Source: the human T2T-CHM13v2.0 reference genome, Homo sapiens. From it: a DNA stretch of 64,000 bases. The position numbers and the translations under genes are program-made. The stretch's first letter is position 1. The number at the start of each line of letters is the position of its first letter. The stretch lies in assembly GCF_009914755.1 (NCBI RefSeq), contig NC_060931.1; one strand, written 5' to 3'. The notes below the pieces were generated by a model, which was not told the origin of the DNA, ran no database searches, and saw only the letters and a program-made list of their open reading frames with translations. Positions 39,213 through 54,821 of the stretch are shown one piece after another.

Positions 39213-41229
39213 GATAGAATCTAAATTTTTTTTAAAAGTTCATCATAAACTAGGAAATTCCTAACAAACAGAAATGACTCAGTAGAAGCAGGTAGTCTAC
39301 CATATTGTAATGGTTATTGCATAAAATAATTGAACCGCAGCTTTCAACTCATTGAAGATGTAGTAATAATTTGGCATAAATGAGTATAAATTCAGTATAA
39401 ATAATATTAATGGGATTTAACCATTTCACTTCTGTTTTGATATTCTCAAACTGTCACAAAAATATGTAATCCATAATTTCACTTGCTAACACTGTTATAA
39501 AGAAAATTGTGATTTGTTGTGATTTGTTTGTGACAATAAAAGTGCCTAAAAGAGAAATGGTCAACATGATTCCCCAGTGAAGAAGGGACAAAGTAAATCT
39601 CAACAGAAATAGATATACCATTTGGCCAATAAAGCCTCCCTTTAAGGGTTCTCATTTCTACATCCCTTCCAAGATCCCAAATGTAATATTTATTAGTAAT
39701 CCTGCATTGCCTTTCTTTTTTTTTATTCTCTAAAATATCTATTTATTTATTCTTTCCAGAACTAGAAAAGTGAGAGCACAATTTATAATATCCTAAAATC
39801 ATTTTATCCCCAGGCATTGCAAAACCCAGTCATGCCAGATCCCAAGCTAATTTATTAGTTAATATTTTTTCCAGAAAACATAAAGCAATTAAATGCCTAT
39901 ATTTAAGTACAGACTAATAATTATCAAATTTCATTTACATCAATGAAAGAGAAAAATCTTAAAAATCAGTACTTCACAACATTTTCACTACCAGTAACCC
40001 CTTGAGTTGCACTTTCCTTCATTAACTGATGTTCAATATGTTTTAGATAATAGGGTTTCACAGAAAAACAACATGAGATTGGGGTAAAAATGACTGATTT
40101 AAATTATGAGTCTCTCTTACATAGCCTGTATAATTTGAAGTAAGCTATAGTTCCTTTTCTCTATTCTTATATATATCTACATGATCATTCTAATATACAT
40201 TCACATATAAAGGGAATTTTGGTTTTATTACAAAAATGATATGCTATATATTATTATAAATATATATTTTTACTTTAGATGATATAACTCTCCAGGCTGA
40301 AATTCACACTCCCATTTTTAATAAATGCATAGCAAGAATTTACCACAATTTTTGGGGCGATTTTTCCACAATGGCAAAGATGAACAACGTTGCCACAAAC
40401 ATCTCTCTATAGATAGAGAGACAGAAGGACAGAGGTGGGGGGAGAAGGGAAGAATTGAGATTGAGAGTTAGGATGTGTGAAAAACAATATTACTAATATT
40501 AACACTACTTTGATTTTCAGTCAAAAACGATGTGTCTCTTGATTATCTAATTGCTTTAATTATCATTTCAATAAGTGTTCAATTTTTATGCCCATACCAT
40601 TCTATTGTTTTAATATTTCAGATTTGAACTCTTCACTCATTTAATTCATATTTAACACTTTTTTTTTATAGCTAGAAGTACTTTTGGAAAATATTGTTCT
40701 ATTTTGGGAGCTATGTTTCCTGGATTTCAGTTTGTAGCTATTCATGGTTATCATATGGTAAGTTTATTTCATTTTGTTGTTTGATTTGTGCTACATCTGA
40801 AGTAAGAATGCTTCTTACTAACATGTCATTTAAGATAAAAGAACTTGATTTTTTTTTTTTCTACTCATTTTTCTGTGTCTCAAGAGAATGAGTGGTGAGA
40901 GGCTGGGACAACGGAGAATCAAAAAGGTTAAATTTTTGTAAGATGTTTTAAGTCAGTTCTCCATTCAAAAAACTTTTTAAAATGTCCTATACCAGGACAC
41001 ACTTGGTGGTCCTGGGAGAAACCTCCCCAACTCAGACGGTTTCCCCTAAATTCAGGGTGTGGCCTTAGAGCCTTCTCAGTTGTTGATTTCCCCAAGTCTA
41101 TTGTTTTCAATTCTCTTTAGGAAGCAGAGTTTCTTTAAGATTGAGAATATTTTATTTCATTAAAATGTAATTTCCAACGCTGTTTCTTACCCTTCTCTCA
41201 TTCTATAACATATGTATTTTAGCTATTGT

Positions 41230-41780
41230 TTTTAATTGCAAGAACGAAAACCTATTCCAGCTACTTAGAGAAAAAAGAAAATAAGCATAAGGATAATAGT
41301 CTTTCAGAAGATCCAATAAGTAGTCGAAAATAAGTCCTCAGAAAGAAAAGAACCAGATTAGCTCTGTAGAAGTTTGTGAATCTTCAGTGCTGCTAACATT
41401 ATTGACACCCAAATTTGAAATTTTCGAATTCTACAGTTGACGAGGCTTTAGTCTGGCACCCAGCCTTGCACTAATCAATGTGGCTGGAGGGTTTGGTCAT
41501 ATCCTACAGACACAGCTACTCGGCAGGACTGCTACATAATTTTGTATAGCCAAGTGCAATGTGAAAATGTGGGTTACCTTGTTCAAAACTTATTAAGAAT
41601 TTTCAACGAGCCATGGCAGAGAATTAAAACATGTGTAGGGGGGCCCTTCGAAACTGCATAGGTCACATATCCATGAAGCCAGCATGGAGATCATGGAATC
41701 TGCATAGATGTGCTAGAGGGAGGGAAAGAAGTTCCCAGAAGTGCAGCAACTGGACAGAGGAAACTTTTTTTTAATGTTTA
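41230..41780 (-). mobile_element. Old MLT1 (J/K-like) LTR relic containing MER91A
   Basis: TTGCAAGAACGAAAACCTATTCCAGCTACTTAGAGAAAAAAG start and CTAATCAATGTGGCTGGAGGG; highly decayed. Confidence 0.4.
41524..41686 (+). mobile_element. MER91A (hAT-Tip100)
   Basis: CAGGACTGCTACATAATTT...TGAAAATGTGGG...CCTTGTTCAAAACTTATTAAGAATTT...CTGCATAGGTCACATATCCATGAAGCCAGC. Confidence 0.8.
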
Positions 41781-44129
41781 GTACACTGTACATGGCTTAC
41801 TATTTTAAATGGAGGCCAGGCACTTCTAATACTGATCTTTTTATAACTTTATATTGTCTCTGACAGCTGGGGTCTACAGCAGCCTCAAAAATGTCATAGG
41901 TTTTAAATTTCTCCCTCCATGCCATTCTTTCTACTACCCTACAATTTTTTTTTAGACCCTAGTGCAGTGTTTATCAAGCTGTCTGACATGACAACCCAGT
42001 TTTTGTTTATTGTCAAATAGTTCAGACTAATATGTATACAAAATAAGAACATAGATTATTTGAAGAATAATATAATACATCTCAATTTTTATTATTAGAG
42101 TCAATATTATAATCTATTAAATATAAGCAGGATGAATGTACATAGAAGAAGACAAGATTTTAGAAGATAAGCCATAAATATTTGTTGAAAGTGTTGATAT
42201 GGGTGACTAATACAGAAAAACACAGTGACTCTTGCAACTTCTTTTGTTTGGCAATCATAAGAAAAAAGTAGGAGCAAAATTGTAATTTCCCATACTACAC
42301 AAACAGTTTGAATACCTACACAAACAGCTTGAACAAACACCATATATAAGATTATTTAAAATTTTTGATGTGACAAATATGCTTCTCTACTTAATAACGA
42401 TCATTGTTACAGTTTTCTCCTGATACCTCTGATTTTCTTAATGATGTAAATACAAAGTAAAAGGGAACATAGGAAGAACATTTAGAAGAAACATAAGTGT
42501 TCTTAAACAGAGATTTTAAATGGTTTCTCCACACAGATGTATTCATCTAGTCTAAGTCTCTTCAGGGACACCTCAGTCCATCACAGCCTTGAGGCACCTT
42601 CAGGAAAGAAAGAGAAATCCCAGGCCTCAGGGGGCTGCTTATAACGTCAGCTGCCCCAGCTGCAGTAGTAACATAAGTGAAGAATATCCCCATTTTAGTT
42701 GGAGTTTAAGCGCAAAATGTACAGTGGATATTAATGTATAAGAAATACAGCATCTAGAAGTAGTGATGCATACTCAGAGTCCAAATTATTAATTTTGTAA
42801 TAATTAATTGATATAATACTGTATTATCTTCAAATCAGCAACTAATAAAATTAAAACAATAACTGTGAGTATATTGCAACTCAAAAATTTCTTTAAGGGA
42901 TCTGATGAGGATTAATGTATAATTTCATATTCCATTTACAGTGTTCAAATACAAGCTTTTTGGTATACTAAAAAATAAACTGTGCATCAGAATTACTAAT
43001 GCTCCATTTCTCAAATGTGATGGAACTGGAAAAAAATCCTTTGTAAAGCTACTTCTCTAAGAGAAAACCATTGTCATAAATTCTTATCACTTGTGTTTTT
43101 AATATATGTAATTAGCTTAGGACATATAATGAGTAAGGTCTTGTTCTAAGTATCAGTTCCACGGCTGCGTCCACTTGCATGCTTTTTTTTTTCTCCTCTA
43201 CCCATACTTAGCTTACACTACTGAGCAATGTCATCTCTTAAACTGCTATTTATTTATTAGTATTGAATATTGAAAATTAGCTATATATTTTCCTGATTTT
43301 AAAATAAGTAAATGCACATTGTGAGAATTTTGTAAAACAGAAAAAGATATTTTAAAAATCTCTAATAACTTGACCACTCAGAGAAAAAGTTGCCTATATT
43401 CTATTATAGTTTCTTACATAGTTAAGATCAACATTATAATTTCTATTTTTATCTCTGATTCCAACTTCCAGTTCTCTTTCCAACATAAGCAGATTCCATA
43501 CTTTTTGCACTATATGTAACACTGAACATTTTGCTAGGTCATCACATATTCCTTATAAACATAAATTTTCCCAGTAAAATTGTGATCTCTCTCCATCCTC
43601 CATATTCTTGTAATTTAAAAACAAAATATTTGATAGGATGTGACAAGCATGTATTTCCATTTAATCATTTGACTTTATTAATTTATCAGAATGCAGTACG
43701 ATCTTTGAGTTGAATAATGTTAATTCAATTTTTTTCCCTACTCCTGCATTGTATTATTGCTTCTGTACCAGTTGTTTTGGTTTCTGCTTCAGGAATTCTG
43801 TTCTCCATATCTATTCTGAGATTCCTCACTGTTTTTCTTGTACTGTTTTACTCTTCATGCTGGAAGGGCATCTTAACATTACTGATCAAATTATAGTAAT
43901 GTCAATTGGCTTTTAATGATAGTTTCACTTTTTCTCATTTATTTGCCAGCACGTTTTAGATTATCCCTCTTTCTGAGATATTTTTTGTTGATTTTTTGTT
44001 TTGAATTTCCAAAGCGGATAATTGAATGAATCATATTTCTTAGTCTATGCTATGTCATATAATAAATCAGTAGGATGACTGTCACATTTTTCCCCTTAAA
44101 TTTTCAATTCTGAATCCCATTCCATCCAC

Positions 44130-45470
44130 CATAGCAGTGACTTTAATGTTTTGTTATGGGTGTTTTGACAAGTATGTGTCTTTAACAAATATGCTATTTG
44201 ATGCATATACATATTTTTGGCTTATAAAAATGAGATAGTGTTATAGGTTCTTATGTTTTCCCCCCTTTAGTCAAGACTGAGTTTTTAAATGAATTCATAT
44301 AACTTAGGTACATCAAATTCTTTACAACTACCATCTACACAGTTATTTCTATCACTTGATACACACTCATTTTCTTAGTTTTGGGTATCTATTTGTCTAA
44401 CAGTTCCTGATAGCACAAGCAGTGCTGCAATGAATGAATTTATATAGGTTTCCCTCGTGAACTTATTAAGAAGTTCTCTATCCTCTGAACATATAAGATC
44501 GCTGGACAATAGGATTTTGCCATGCTTAATTTCACTAAATGCTGTCAGTTACTTTCCAGAGAGCCAATTCTAGTTTGCATACCAATTAGAAGTACGTAAA
44601 GACTTGTGTTCCCTATTTCCAAATAATCCAATTTGTTTATTTAAAAAATCTATTAAGCATAAGGCAGTGTATCAGTTATTTTAATTAGGAATTACTTCAT
44701 TACTGATGAGTTTGCATTAGCATATCTTCATATATTTGTTGTCATTTCCCATTTTTTGTATTTTTATATTTCATTCATTTTTAATTTTGGTTTATTTTTT
44801 CTTACTTATATTAGTTGATAATTTTTGACACATATCTCATTGATTTGGATGCTTCATATACCTTCTCTCAATCTGTTAACTTTTGTGTGCTTGAATAATT
44901 ATCCATGACTTGACATGGTCATATATATTGACTTTTTTTCTCATTACAGTTTGTGCTTCTATAGTCCTTGGGAGGAAGAACTTCCCTTCTCCAAAGTCAC
45001 AATCTTCTATACATTCTTCATTTTGAGGTATAATTTTAACATTTAGTTCCTTAAATCCTCCTGGAGATTACCTTTATATAGTGTAGAGTCCCCTTGTAAC
45101 ATTTTCTTTAGTGTGAGCCTGGTTTTCAAATACATCTACTAAACTACCCATCTGTAGCCTGTGGATTTTGGAGTCATTACTGTGGTATATCAAACCCCTA
45201 TCTATACCTGGATGGTTTTTTGAGCTCTATTTTCTCAACCATTTGACTGTTCACGGACAATAACCATATGGTTTATCTTATTAAAGCTTTGTAGTATGTC
45301 TTAATATCTGGTAGGATAAGTGCCCCATTTTGTTCATCTTTTTCAGAATCTGAGTTTTCATATGCATTTTAGAATAAGTTTCTCAGATTATTCAATAAAG
45401 CCTGCAAAAAATTGTCATTTGAATTGCGTTTAACCCACAAATTAATCTGGAACTAAGATTATCTTCACTA
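44130..45470 (-). mobile_element. Very old L1 (L1ME-like) 3' relic
   Basis: CAGTGCTGCAATGAA, GCTTTGTAGTATGTCTTAATATCTGGTAGGATAAGT, CATATGCATTTTAGAATAAGTTT. Confidence 0.65.
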
Positions 45471-46595
45471 TTGGGAAACACTTTTCCCACATTCCTGACT
45501 ATTGTGTGTAGATAACACCTCTGCTGTGACTCTGCTGGCATGACTTTAGCCCTACTTAAGATCTACTTTAATTACTTCAGAATAGAAGGGGCGGCTTTAT
45601 CTGACGAAGGACTTTGGCAATAATAAACTGGATATCGTTGGCACAGTTCTTCCCTTTTTCTTCTAGGGAGGAAGGTACCTGCAGCGAGCAGGGAAGTCTG
45701 CTTCTCCAGGCAATAACATTAATCTGGACTGGCTGTATCATTAGAACAATGGATGCCTTCAAGGATGTTGGCCTCCATCCACTGACTTTTATTTCTCAGA
45801 CCTTGCTTTTAAAAAGAGCGCTATTTATTGAGTTCCTTTCAAAAGCAGTAATCTTTTGTACCTTGTCAGACAACATTGAGAACAAAATAGGGTGTGGAAT
45901 TTCACAGAGAAGTAACCCAAGAGAGCTTTCTAGTCAAATCAGATTGTGTGAACCTTTAACATTTTGCCAAGGTAACTTTGCTTTGGTGATCTTTAGAGGC
46001 CTGTGTTATCCAGGCAGAATTTTGGTGTTCTGTGGTAGGTTTTTAGCTATGAAACTGGTCACAGAATATTCTGAACGTGGTGAGTGACTAGACTTTATGG
46101 TGTCTTTGTATATAGCTAATGTATATTTCTATAGGTCCACTTTAGTCCTAGGCAAAAACATTTGAGTCGTTTCATATAACGGCTGCCCAATCCTTTGGCC
46201 ATTAGCAAGCTGAGTCAGCTCAAGGGTTACCGTCACCACCGGTTCCCTTAGACATTTGTCTCAGCAGGATGGGCTGAGGCAAAGATTGACTTGTAAGAAA
46301 AAAAATCTTCACAGACCTATTTGACATAAGAGGGAGCAGAAAAATATAGGTGATTGCACTGGATTTTTTTTCAGCAAGATCTGGAAGTGGGGATTTAAAT
46401 TTGTGATGTAGCTGAATTCTGCAGGTTTTAATAAAACTTTAGGCTTTATTTCAATAGCTGACATGTAGCTTAGTAATAAAGTACAATCTTACGTACCCAA
46501 AGCTAAAATATATATTATTAACTTAGAGATCTTTTAAGGAACAGACAAGAAATTCATATTGGAGGCTAAAATGAGAGAAATTCAAGTTATACTAA

Positions 46596-46600
46596 ACACA

Positions 46601-46644
<44 letters not shown>
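46596..46644. repeat. (CA)n microsatellite
   Basis: Read directly from the sequence. Confidence 0.95.
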
Positions 46645-46647
<3 letters not shown>

Positions 46648-49600
46648 CTCCAGTTAGACTGTAGTATAGGAGAACTTAGAAAAACAGTACATGAAGTGGC
46701 AATACTGTTAGCATTTCTCTTCAGCTCTTAGCAAAGTAATATGAGAAAGAAATATCAAGTAAGAATCAAAGAGGTTGAAGACAAACAAAGGGGAACAAAG
46801 AGAATGAAGAAAATTGGGTCCTTGTAGAGTTTGATAGATCAACTATCTCTGCTATCTAAAATGTAAAAAACAAGACTGAGAAAAGCTTTTGGTAGCAATG
46901 TCCTATACAGATTTTTGTGTAAAACAAAAAATGTCAGGATGAGGGGAGCCTGGCTCCATTTTCTTTCATCTTTATGCTCCCACAAAAGAAACTGGCTCAG
47001 GCTAGATCCTGAAGTTACCCATCACTCCACTTCCTGCAGCAGATACTGGCTTGGCAGTGCAGTAGTCTCTTGTGATGGTGATGGAGGAGATGATACATTT
47101 TTCTGTTTAATGTGTGAGAGAAAAAAAATCAGAGTTAACAACCTCCCTCCCCAACATACTGCTAGACTACGTGGGGGCTAACAGCTTGGCCATCTTCTAC
47201 TCTTGGGGACTGTTTTCCCTCTACCAGGACCTAGCAAGATTTTATCTCTCTGTAGGTTTCTGAGAGATTTTATGTTTCTGTGATGCAACAACTTTTTATT
47301 ACTTCTCAGGCTTCTTCAGGATTTGGCTGGGAAAAGGTACAGAATTGTTGGTGTGCCATCTTGGAAGGCTTGTCAGGGAATGGCTGTCTCTTTCCTTTTA
47401 AACTGAATGGTGTTCAATTTTCATGTCTTTTGGGCTCCAAAAGGCTTTTGTCTATACAAATGCTATTAAGAAAATAAAAAACATCTCTAGATTTTATCTA
47501 GATTCTTGTAGAAAAGAGCTTAAATGCTGAACTTTTAAGCTCTTTATTCGAAAGTTGTCTGTGATTGAAGTTTTTTATTTTTCATCATATGAGGAGAGCT
47601 CTATGTGTACCCAGCTGTAGGGTATGTGCATTGCCCTTGGTCCTACAATTTTTTCTGTTTAAGTAATTGGATCCACTTTCCGGGACCAAATCTGAGTGTC
47701 CAGAGATTTTGGAGTATGTCTTTGTTAGCCTCAGATTGGGCTGTTGCAAGAATATATATATATAAACCATAAGCCTATATATAAACTGCTACTATTCTCT
47801 CTACTCCTGCTTTACCTAAAACTATGGTAGAGCCATGTAAGTTCCACCCCATTCCCTGCCTACTGGTAACTGCTTTCTAAAACTTTAATTACAGATGAGT
47901 ATAAAAGATGGTATGGGGGCAGGAGCAGAATGACAAGAATAGAACTCTGGCTGTCTCCAAAAGTAGTAACAATGAAACAGAGAGATGATTTTCCAACAAT
48001 CTCTTCAGTCAAAACTTTCATTTCTGAACCTACAGATAGAAGGTGGGGAAAATTCCATATGCCCTTCTTTCATACCAAGTGGTATGTTCTGTTTCCAGCA
48101 ACATAGTATGAGGCTTGGATTATGTTCTAAATCCAGTTATAATCTAGTTTTCTAGTTAGATTTTCCTCTAGACTCCATTAATAGCTATGCATTTTCATCA
48201 CTTTTTCTCTTTTTGTTACTCTTTTGGTCTCCATAGGTCTTTTACTGAGAAGTCAGAAAAGGCTAAGAAATGATTGCTTGTCATAGCCCCATTTTAATTT
48301 CAATATCTAACATTTTGTGCTGTATTCATTCTTCTCCAACTAGACTGCAAATTCTTTAGACCACAAGCTGGTGTGAAATAATTTGTATTCCCTAAAGCAA
48401 TTAGTATTGCTATGTTTATTATAGACATGTACTAATTAGAATGCGTACAATTTATATGTAAAATATAAAAAGAGAAATACCAGAAATAAAATGTCTAGGG
48501 TCAAATTATTGAATATAGAAGACTATGTTCGAAGTTACTGAGCTTACTTTTAACTTGTCAGGCTCTTACAGACACTGCTGTTTTATTAGACTGAGGCAGT
48601 GTGGTTTATAAATGGGGCTATGATTTTTATGCCTCTTCTCTTGAGAGCCAGAAAGTCATTATTTTAATCAAATATTTATATAATAACTCGTTGAGCAGCT
48701 TGGGGTCTAAATGAATGGTTGTCTATGTGGATGAAATGAAATTAACTTTGCTCCACCAGAAAATGTATAACCTGCCAAAGTAAACACTAAAGAACAAAAA
48801 TTGTATAATAAGATGATGGGGAAGAAATGTCAGTGGTAAACAAAGCATCAGCAAAAAACCTCCCATGCTGTGGTCTCAGAAAACTTTTATTTCCTAAAGA
48901 GTTCTAACTCTGGAATGAAGATATGACTTTATATATTTCAGATTGTTTGAAATGACCACAAAGTCTATTTGTTGCTCAGATCACCTGGTAATGGCTCCAG
49001 CTTTTGTGAAAACCCTTTAAACACAGCTCACCTTAAAAGGCAATATTGAGATAAACAAGGATTAAGAGCAGGTCAAAAACACCAAAGCAAAGTGCAATTG
49101 AAAAATAATTATTGGTTATTTGTCAAATCTGAGAAAATTACTACAGATGCAACGAAGATGTGGTAACCACTTTACAGCTATCAAAGTATCAGTACTCAAA
49201 CTGCTCATTTTATCATAGCCATGCTTAAGTTGCATAAAATGTAAAGAACAATGATATTTTCTCCTTTATTGCTATGTAAATTTCTCTGTTTACCCTTAAT
49301 CTTTTATAAGGGAAGGCAGAAATTCAATTTTTCTGGCTTTCCCTAACATTCAGCACATACCATTTTTCAAGTTGCAACATATGTAATATAAAATAAAGAG
49401 CACTACTAGTTTCAATCTGACAAATTTGTTTCACTAGTAAACCTTTAAAAAGGCAGGTAATGAAACAATTTATATTAAGCACAAAATGAATGGCATGTCC
49501 AATTAAAATAATTCTGCGGGTAAATAGAAGGGAGCATGGGGAAAATGAAAGGAAACTGACATTGGTAAAAAACCGTTTGTAAGGTGTTTTATTACTAAAA

Positions 49601-51479
49601 CAATTCTGTGAGTTAAATTTTATTATTCTAATTTTAGAAATAACAATAAAAAGGTTCAAAGAGGTCAAGCAAATTGCTTCAAGTCACATACATTGCCTTG
49701 AGCTGTCTGCTTTGGAGAGTATATCATTTGTGTGGGGGATGCATCAATGCTGATGTGGAAGGAGAAGCAACTTTCTTACTGAATAAGAGGCCAGTCTTAG
49801 AGGGCCTTAAACATGGAACAATAAAAGCGTGGTGTAAATCACAAAGAAAGGAGAGACCCAGCAATTAGGGCAAATGATACAATCAATCAGTGTTCTACAA
49901 AAGGGAAATAAAGCCAAACCTTGAATTAGAGAATTAGTATGGTGGAAGGACAGAGGGAAAACAATCAGGAAATTATTTTACTACTTAGATGGTATGTAAT
50001 AAGGATTGGAGTGAAAATGAAAGAAAGAACACCATATTTATCATAAAGCAAAGCCAATAAATATATATTTCCTATTTGCTTGCAAAATCAGTTTCATTGC
50101 CCCAATCATTTTGATAGGAAAAGAAGTGCTCTGCCCACAGCATTAGACTTCTGAAGAACTAAAGCCCAAATCTTTCTCTCCTCCTCCCACCAGTGGTGCT
50201 GATGGGAGAAGCAGTTGAAGTGGAGCTGGGTCTTTGCCAGTGGAGATGCCCACACTTCTAGCATAGTGGGAGATTGCACTCATGATTACTTTATTTCCTA
50301 GAATAACAAGTCCTTGCAGTTAGGAGGGACTTTAAAAACAACCAATATACAAATTCTTTCTGCAACACCTCTGAAAAGTGCTTGCCAACCTCTGTTCGAG
50401 CTGTGAGGCAGCTGTCATTGTTGGAACGCTCTCTCATACTTAGGCAGAGTCCCACTCTAGTTCCTGTGGTTATCACCCTTAATTACTTACATCAACTGGA
50501 AATGCCCCTCTATTCAAATATTTGTAGATTGCTATTATGTCCTTAACTCTTTTTTTTCTGTTTAACTTTCCCTGGGGTTAGGGGAAGGAAGTTTTGCTGA
50601 GGAAAACACAGGAATGTTCTGCAATAGGAGTAAAACAACTCAAGTTCTAGTCCAAGCTTAGGTTCTGCCCTACCCAAAGCAATTGATAGGTTTTCCTCAT
50701 CTGAGCAATATCAGTTCAGGCCTCAGTCACTAATCCACATGCTTATTATTCTTTGATCTTTAAAAAGATATTTATCAAAGTCGGTAATATGTCAAGCACT
50801 TTCTTATCCCCTGTTCAAAGGAGTTTAAAGTCTAGGAAATCAGATGATCCAGTATTAAACATAATTTTAATATGAATGTCAAATATCACTTAACTATATT
50901 TCATATGCGATAGTTTCTTGCCCACTCCCATCCAAGTCACCTTCTCTGTGCACGCTTTTAATATTAGTCTTCTTTATTCCAATGTGGTATCCACGACTGG
51001 AGACAGTTTTTCCTATGTGGCCTAACAAGTGCCAGAGGTTGAGAGCTTAGACTGTCATGTGGGATATAGTTAAAACTGAATATTAAATATTTAGGCTGAT
51101 ATAAAATGGTACAGAAAAAGAGCCAGGTGCTTCAAGTCTGAGAGAAAAAACAAGAATGTACATAGAGAATAATAATCCTTAATATCTGCATAATGCTTTT
51201 CTACATTTATATGCTCTTTGATACCCTCCTCCTCCCACTGGAGTTGTAGAAGATATTATATGCACCAAGAAACTTAAGCTTTGAAAGTCTAGAGTCACAC
51301 ACAGATCTCAATTGAAATCCAATGTTCATTCTACCATACCACAGTGTCCTAACTATAGAAATATAACAAAAAGTGATAAAAACTATTGATTGGAACACAG
51401 GGGGACCAACTGTTCTGATTGGCCCTGAATGAGAGATTTCATGGACTGCAAGACTTTCAGTGCTAAAAAAGAGAGATTC

Positions 51480-52230
51480 ATCAGCAAGCCAGGCAATTTG
51501 GCCACATTTATAAGGAAAAATGGTGTCCTGAACTACATATAAACATTTGTATTCAATGACTAAAAACACAATAGGCATGGAACATAAGTCACCCTTATTA
51601 AACTCTGATGAAATAATGAATCTAGGCAACTAGTGGGTGAGTAAAACTATCAGGATAAAAGGTTGACAGGAAACAATGTTATAATTGCTAGGCCATTAAC
51701 AATGGACCCACTGATAAATCTTAACATCACAAAAAGTGGTATTTTCAGAGATTATTGAATCCTGATACAATTCAACAGTTTTGTTGCCAAAAAATTGCAC
51801 AGCAATCAATCAAGCCTTAAGATATCATGAACAGTTAACAGGTAAATACAGAAGGAGTCATAGGAGATTTTGCTAGATGCCACCATAAAGATTCAATGGG
51901 CCAAATCTGAAATGTAAAATATAGTATTCTTTATTTTTTTGCCTGTTTACTCAACACATATATAACAAGAAAAAAAAGGAGAATCACACCAACCAAATGT
52001 CTTGTTTAGACCCTGGATTCTGACTAGAAACCAACTGCAAATAGACATTTTTGAGATGACCAGGGAAAAAAAGAGTATAATATTAAGACATTATTATTAA
52101 TTTTACCACTAATGATAGTTATGAGGGTATATTTCTAAAAGTCACCCTCGGGTAGAGACATATATTGACGTATTAATATTTATGAGTATAAACATATAAT
52201 GTCTGAAGTTTTCTTTAAAATACTCACATA
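51480..52230 (+). mobile_element. Old L1M (MC/ME) 3' UTR relic
   Basis: CTTGTTTAGACCCTGGATTC...CCAACTGCAAATAGACATTTTTGAGA...AATGTCTGAAGTTTTCTTTAAAATAC. Confidence 0.5.
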
Positions 52231-52603
52231 TGCACACATAAGTATATCATAGGTGATGATTCCCTTCTCTCCATTTATTCTGAATGTTTGAAAAATTCCA
52301 GATGTTAAGAAAAAGTCACATAAGCAATCAATATAGTAGATATATAAAGACAAAGGAAAAGGAAAATAAAGACAGTATCTCAAGAATGTCAGCCCAGGAG
52401 ACCTCAATATTGCTAGTGGTAGGAGGAAATGGAAAAGTAAAGAGTGTGAAGGGTCAAGACCAGGGTTCATAGATGAATCTCAGTTATACAGATGGATGCA
52501 AAGTGTGTATTTGTGTGAGTGTGTGTATGTGTTTATGTAGACTTGGAAGGCAGATCTCCAATATATTTACAATGATTATCCTATGTCCTGCAACTCAAAT
52601 TGA

Positions 52604-53041
<438 letters not shown>

Positions 53042-54821
53042 AAGAGTTAATTTTTAAATACCATAACTTAATGCCATATTTGCCATAGTTGGCTATGGCA
53101 CATTCATTTTGAAATAAACTTCCAATGGTAAGAGATCATCTGAAAAGACAATCTCTTCAAAGTAACAGATGCAATAGAAGATACAGAAGTCAGGAAAGGA
53201 TTATCAACTACATCTTTCATATGATCTAATTCACTACCTGATTACTGCTGCTTTCTAGTGATTGTTTACAAATGCCTACTGGTACTAAGTTTAGACATAG
53301 AGAGAAAATATGCACCATTGCAATAAAGTTAGTTATTTCATTCATCATAAAGAAATGTAACAAGCTACTCTCTGCATAGAAATAAAAAAGATGAGTAAGT
53401 CTCCCAAACTATCATTTAGGAAGAATGTCCTTGGAAACAATGTTTACAGGCAAGGAAAATCGCATTGGCCTTTGGTCTGTGCTTAAATATTCTTTTGGAG
53501 TTCTGCTCTAGCTTCACTTTAACAATTCTTATTCAGTTTCCCTTTCTCCTCAGTGTCTGGCCATACTGAACACTTTGAAACTTAGGTAGTGTTATCTTTT
53601 CAAAAGCAGGAATAATACATTTCCTTCTCTCTGAGAACAATATCCTTGCAATCATCCTTCGTGGCTTTTCTGTCCTTCCTACCTTTTTCTTTGCCAATAT
53701 ATGAGGAGTGAATATTTCCACTTGTTCTCCATTTTCTGTCAGTACATTTTACTTTGTTGTTAATGATGATAAAGAAACTGGGTTTATCTTGGCAAAGAGC
53801 TATATCTCTAACACGTAGTACAACACTGAGAACACATTAGGGTTTAATAATAAATGCTGAATTACTACATAAAATGCATAATCTTATGCTTATCCAATCA
53901 CTACATAAAAATAGCAAATCCAGCACTCATCATTTAAAATATTCAGAAATCTCTTTGATAAAAACTTATCTCCCTAACTTCAGAAGCCATTGTTATATTT
54001 CTGAAGACAGAGATCTTGTTTTCTTATTAGTCTGCCAGGTAATTTAAGCTATTGATGATCTTCACCTAGAAACATAAGAACACTAAAGTAAATCATTAGT
54101 GTTGGGCAGCAGAATGGGGTATTAAATTTTGTATGATAAATAGAGCCTGCTCTCCTCCCAGCACCCAAATATGCTAATTCATAGCGGGAGAACTGAAAGA
54201 TGTTTTTCTCAGCACGGCTGCTGGACTTAAGCTGATGTATTCTGACTCTCTACTCAGATGCTAGGTCCTTACATTTTTGAGATGGTTAAAGGGAGGGTGA
54301 GGGGGATGAAAATAGTTCAGAAAAGTCAAATCTACCTGACTATGATGAATCTTAAATCGATGATGCTGAGTTCATTGGTAACATGTACTAATCACGCAAC
54401 CAAGCTTGCCCCAGGCTTTTATAATTCAAATATTGCATTTGAGTGCAAAACACTATAATATTGTGGACATTTTATTTTACTTCTTCAAAAGTTATGCCAG
54501 CCTAATTATTGCTTGCTTTTTTTTGAGACTGAGTATATCATATGACATATGTTGTTTCTGTTAGAATTTCAACATTTCTATATAGTAAAGAAAAAAAGGC
54601 ATTCTGGGGCAAAAGAGAATTGCAGAACTGAATATTTTAAGAAATGACACAGAAGAGGACATATTATCTATTTTCTTCTTTTTACATCATTTTTGTCCTT
54701 TGTAGAATACTGTGAACCAAAAAGCTGTGAGTGCTTCTATATTAAAGAAAAATAAAATATCAATGAATACAAATGTATTAATATATAGAATTCTTCACAA
54801 GGCTTATTCACTTTTTCAGTA

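Noticed and set aside
45614-46087. 157-aa ORF, the longest in the track
   Set aside because: Starts at TTG, no recognisable domain, no supporting exon structure.
48880-49035. Possible minus-strand terminal exon (ttttaag|GTGAGC...AATAAA)
   Set aside because: Only a short frame and generic signals; the same site also reads as a donor; no independent support.
51207-51629. 140-aa minus-strand ORF
   Set aside because: Non-ATG start, overlaps old repeat relics, no recognisable protein.
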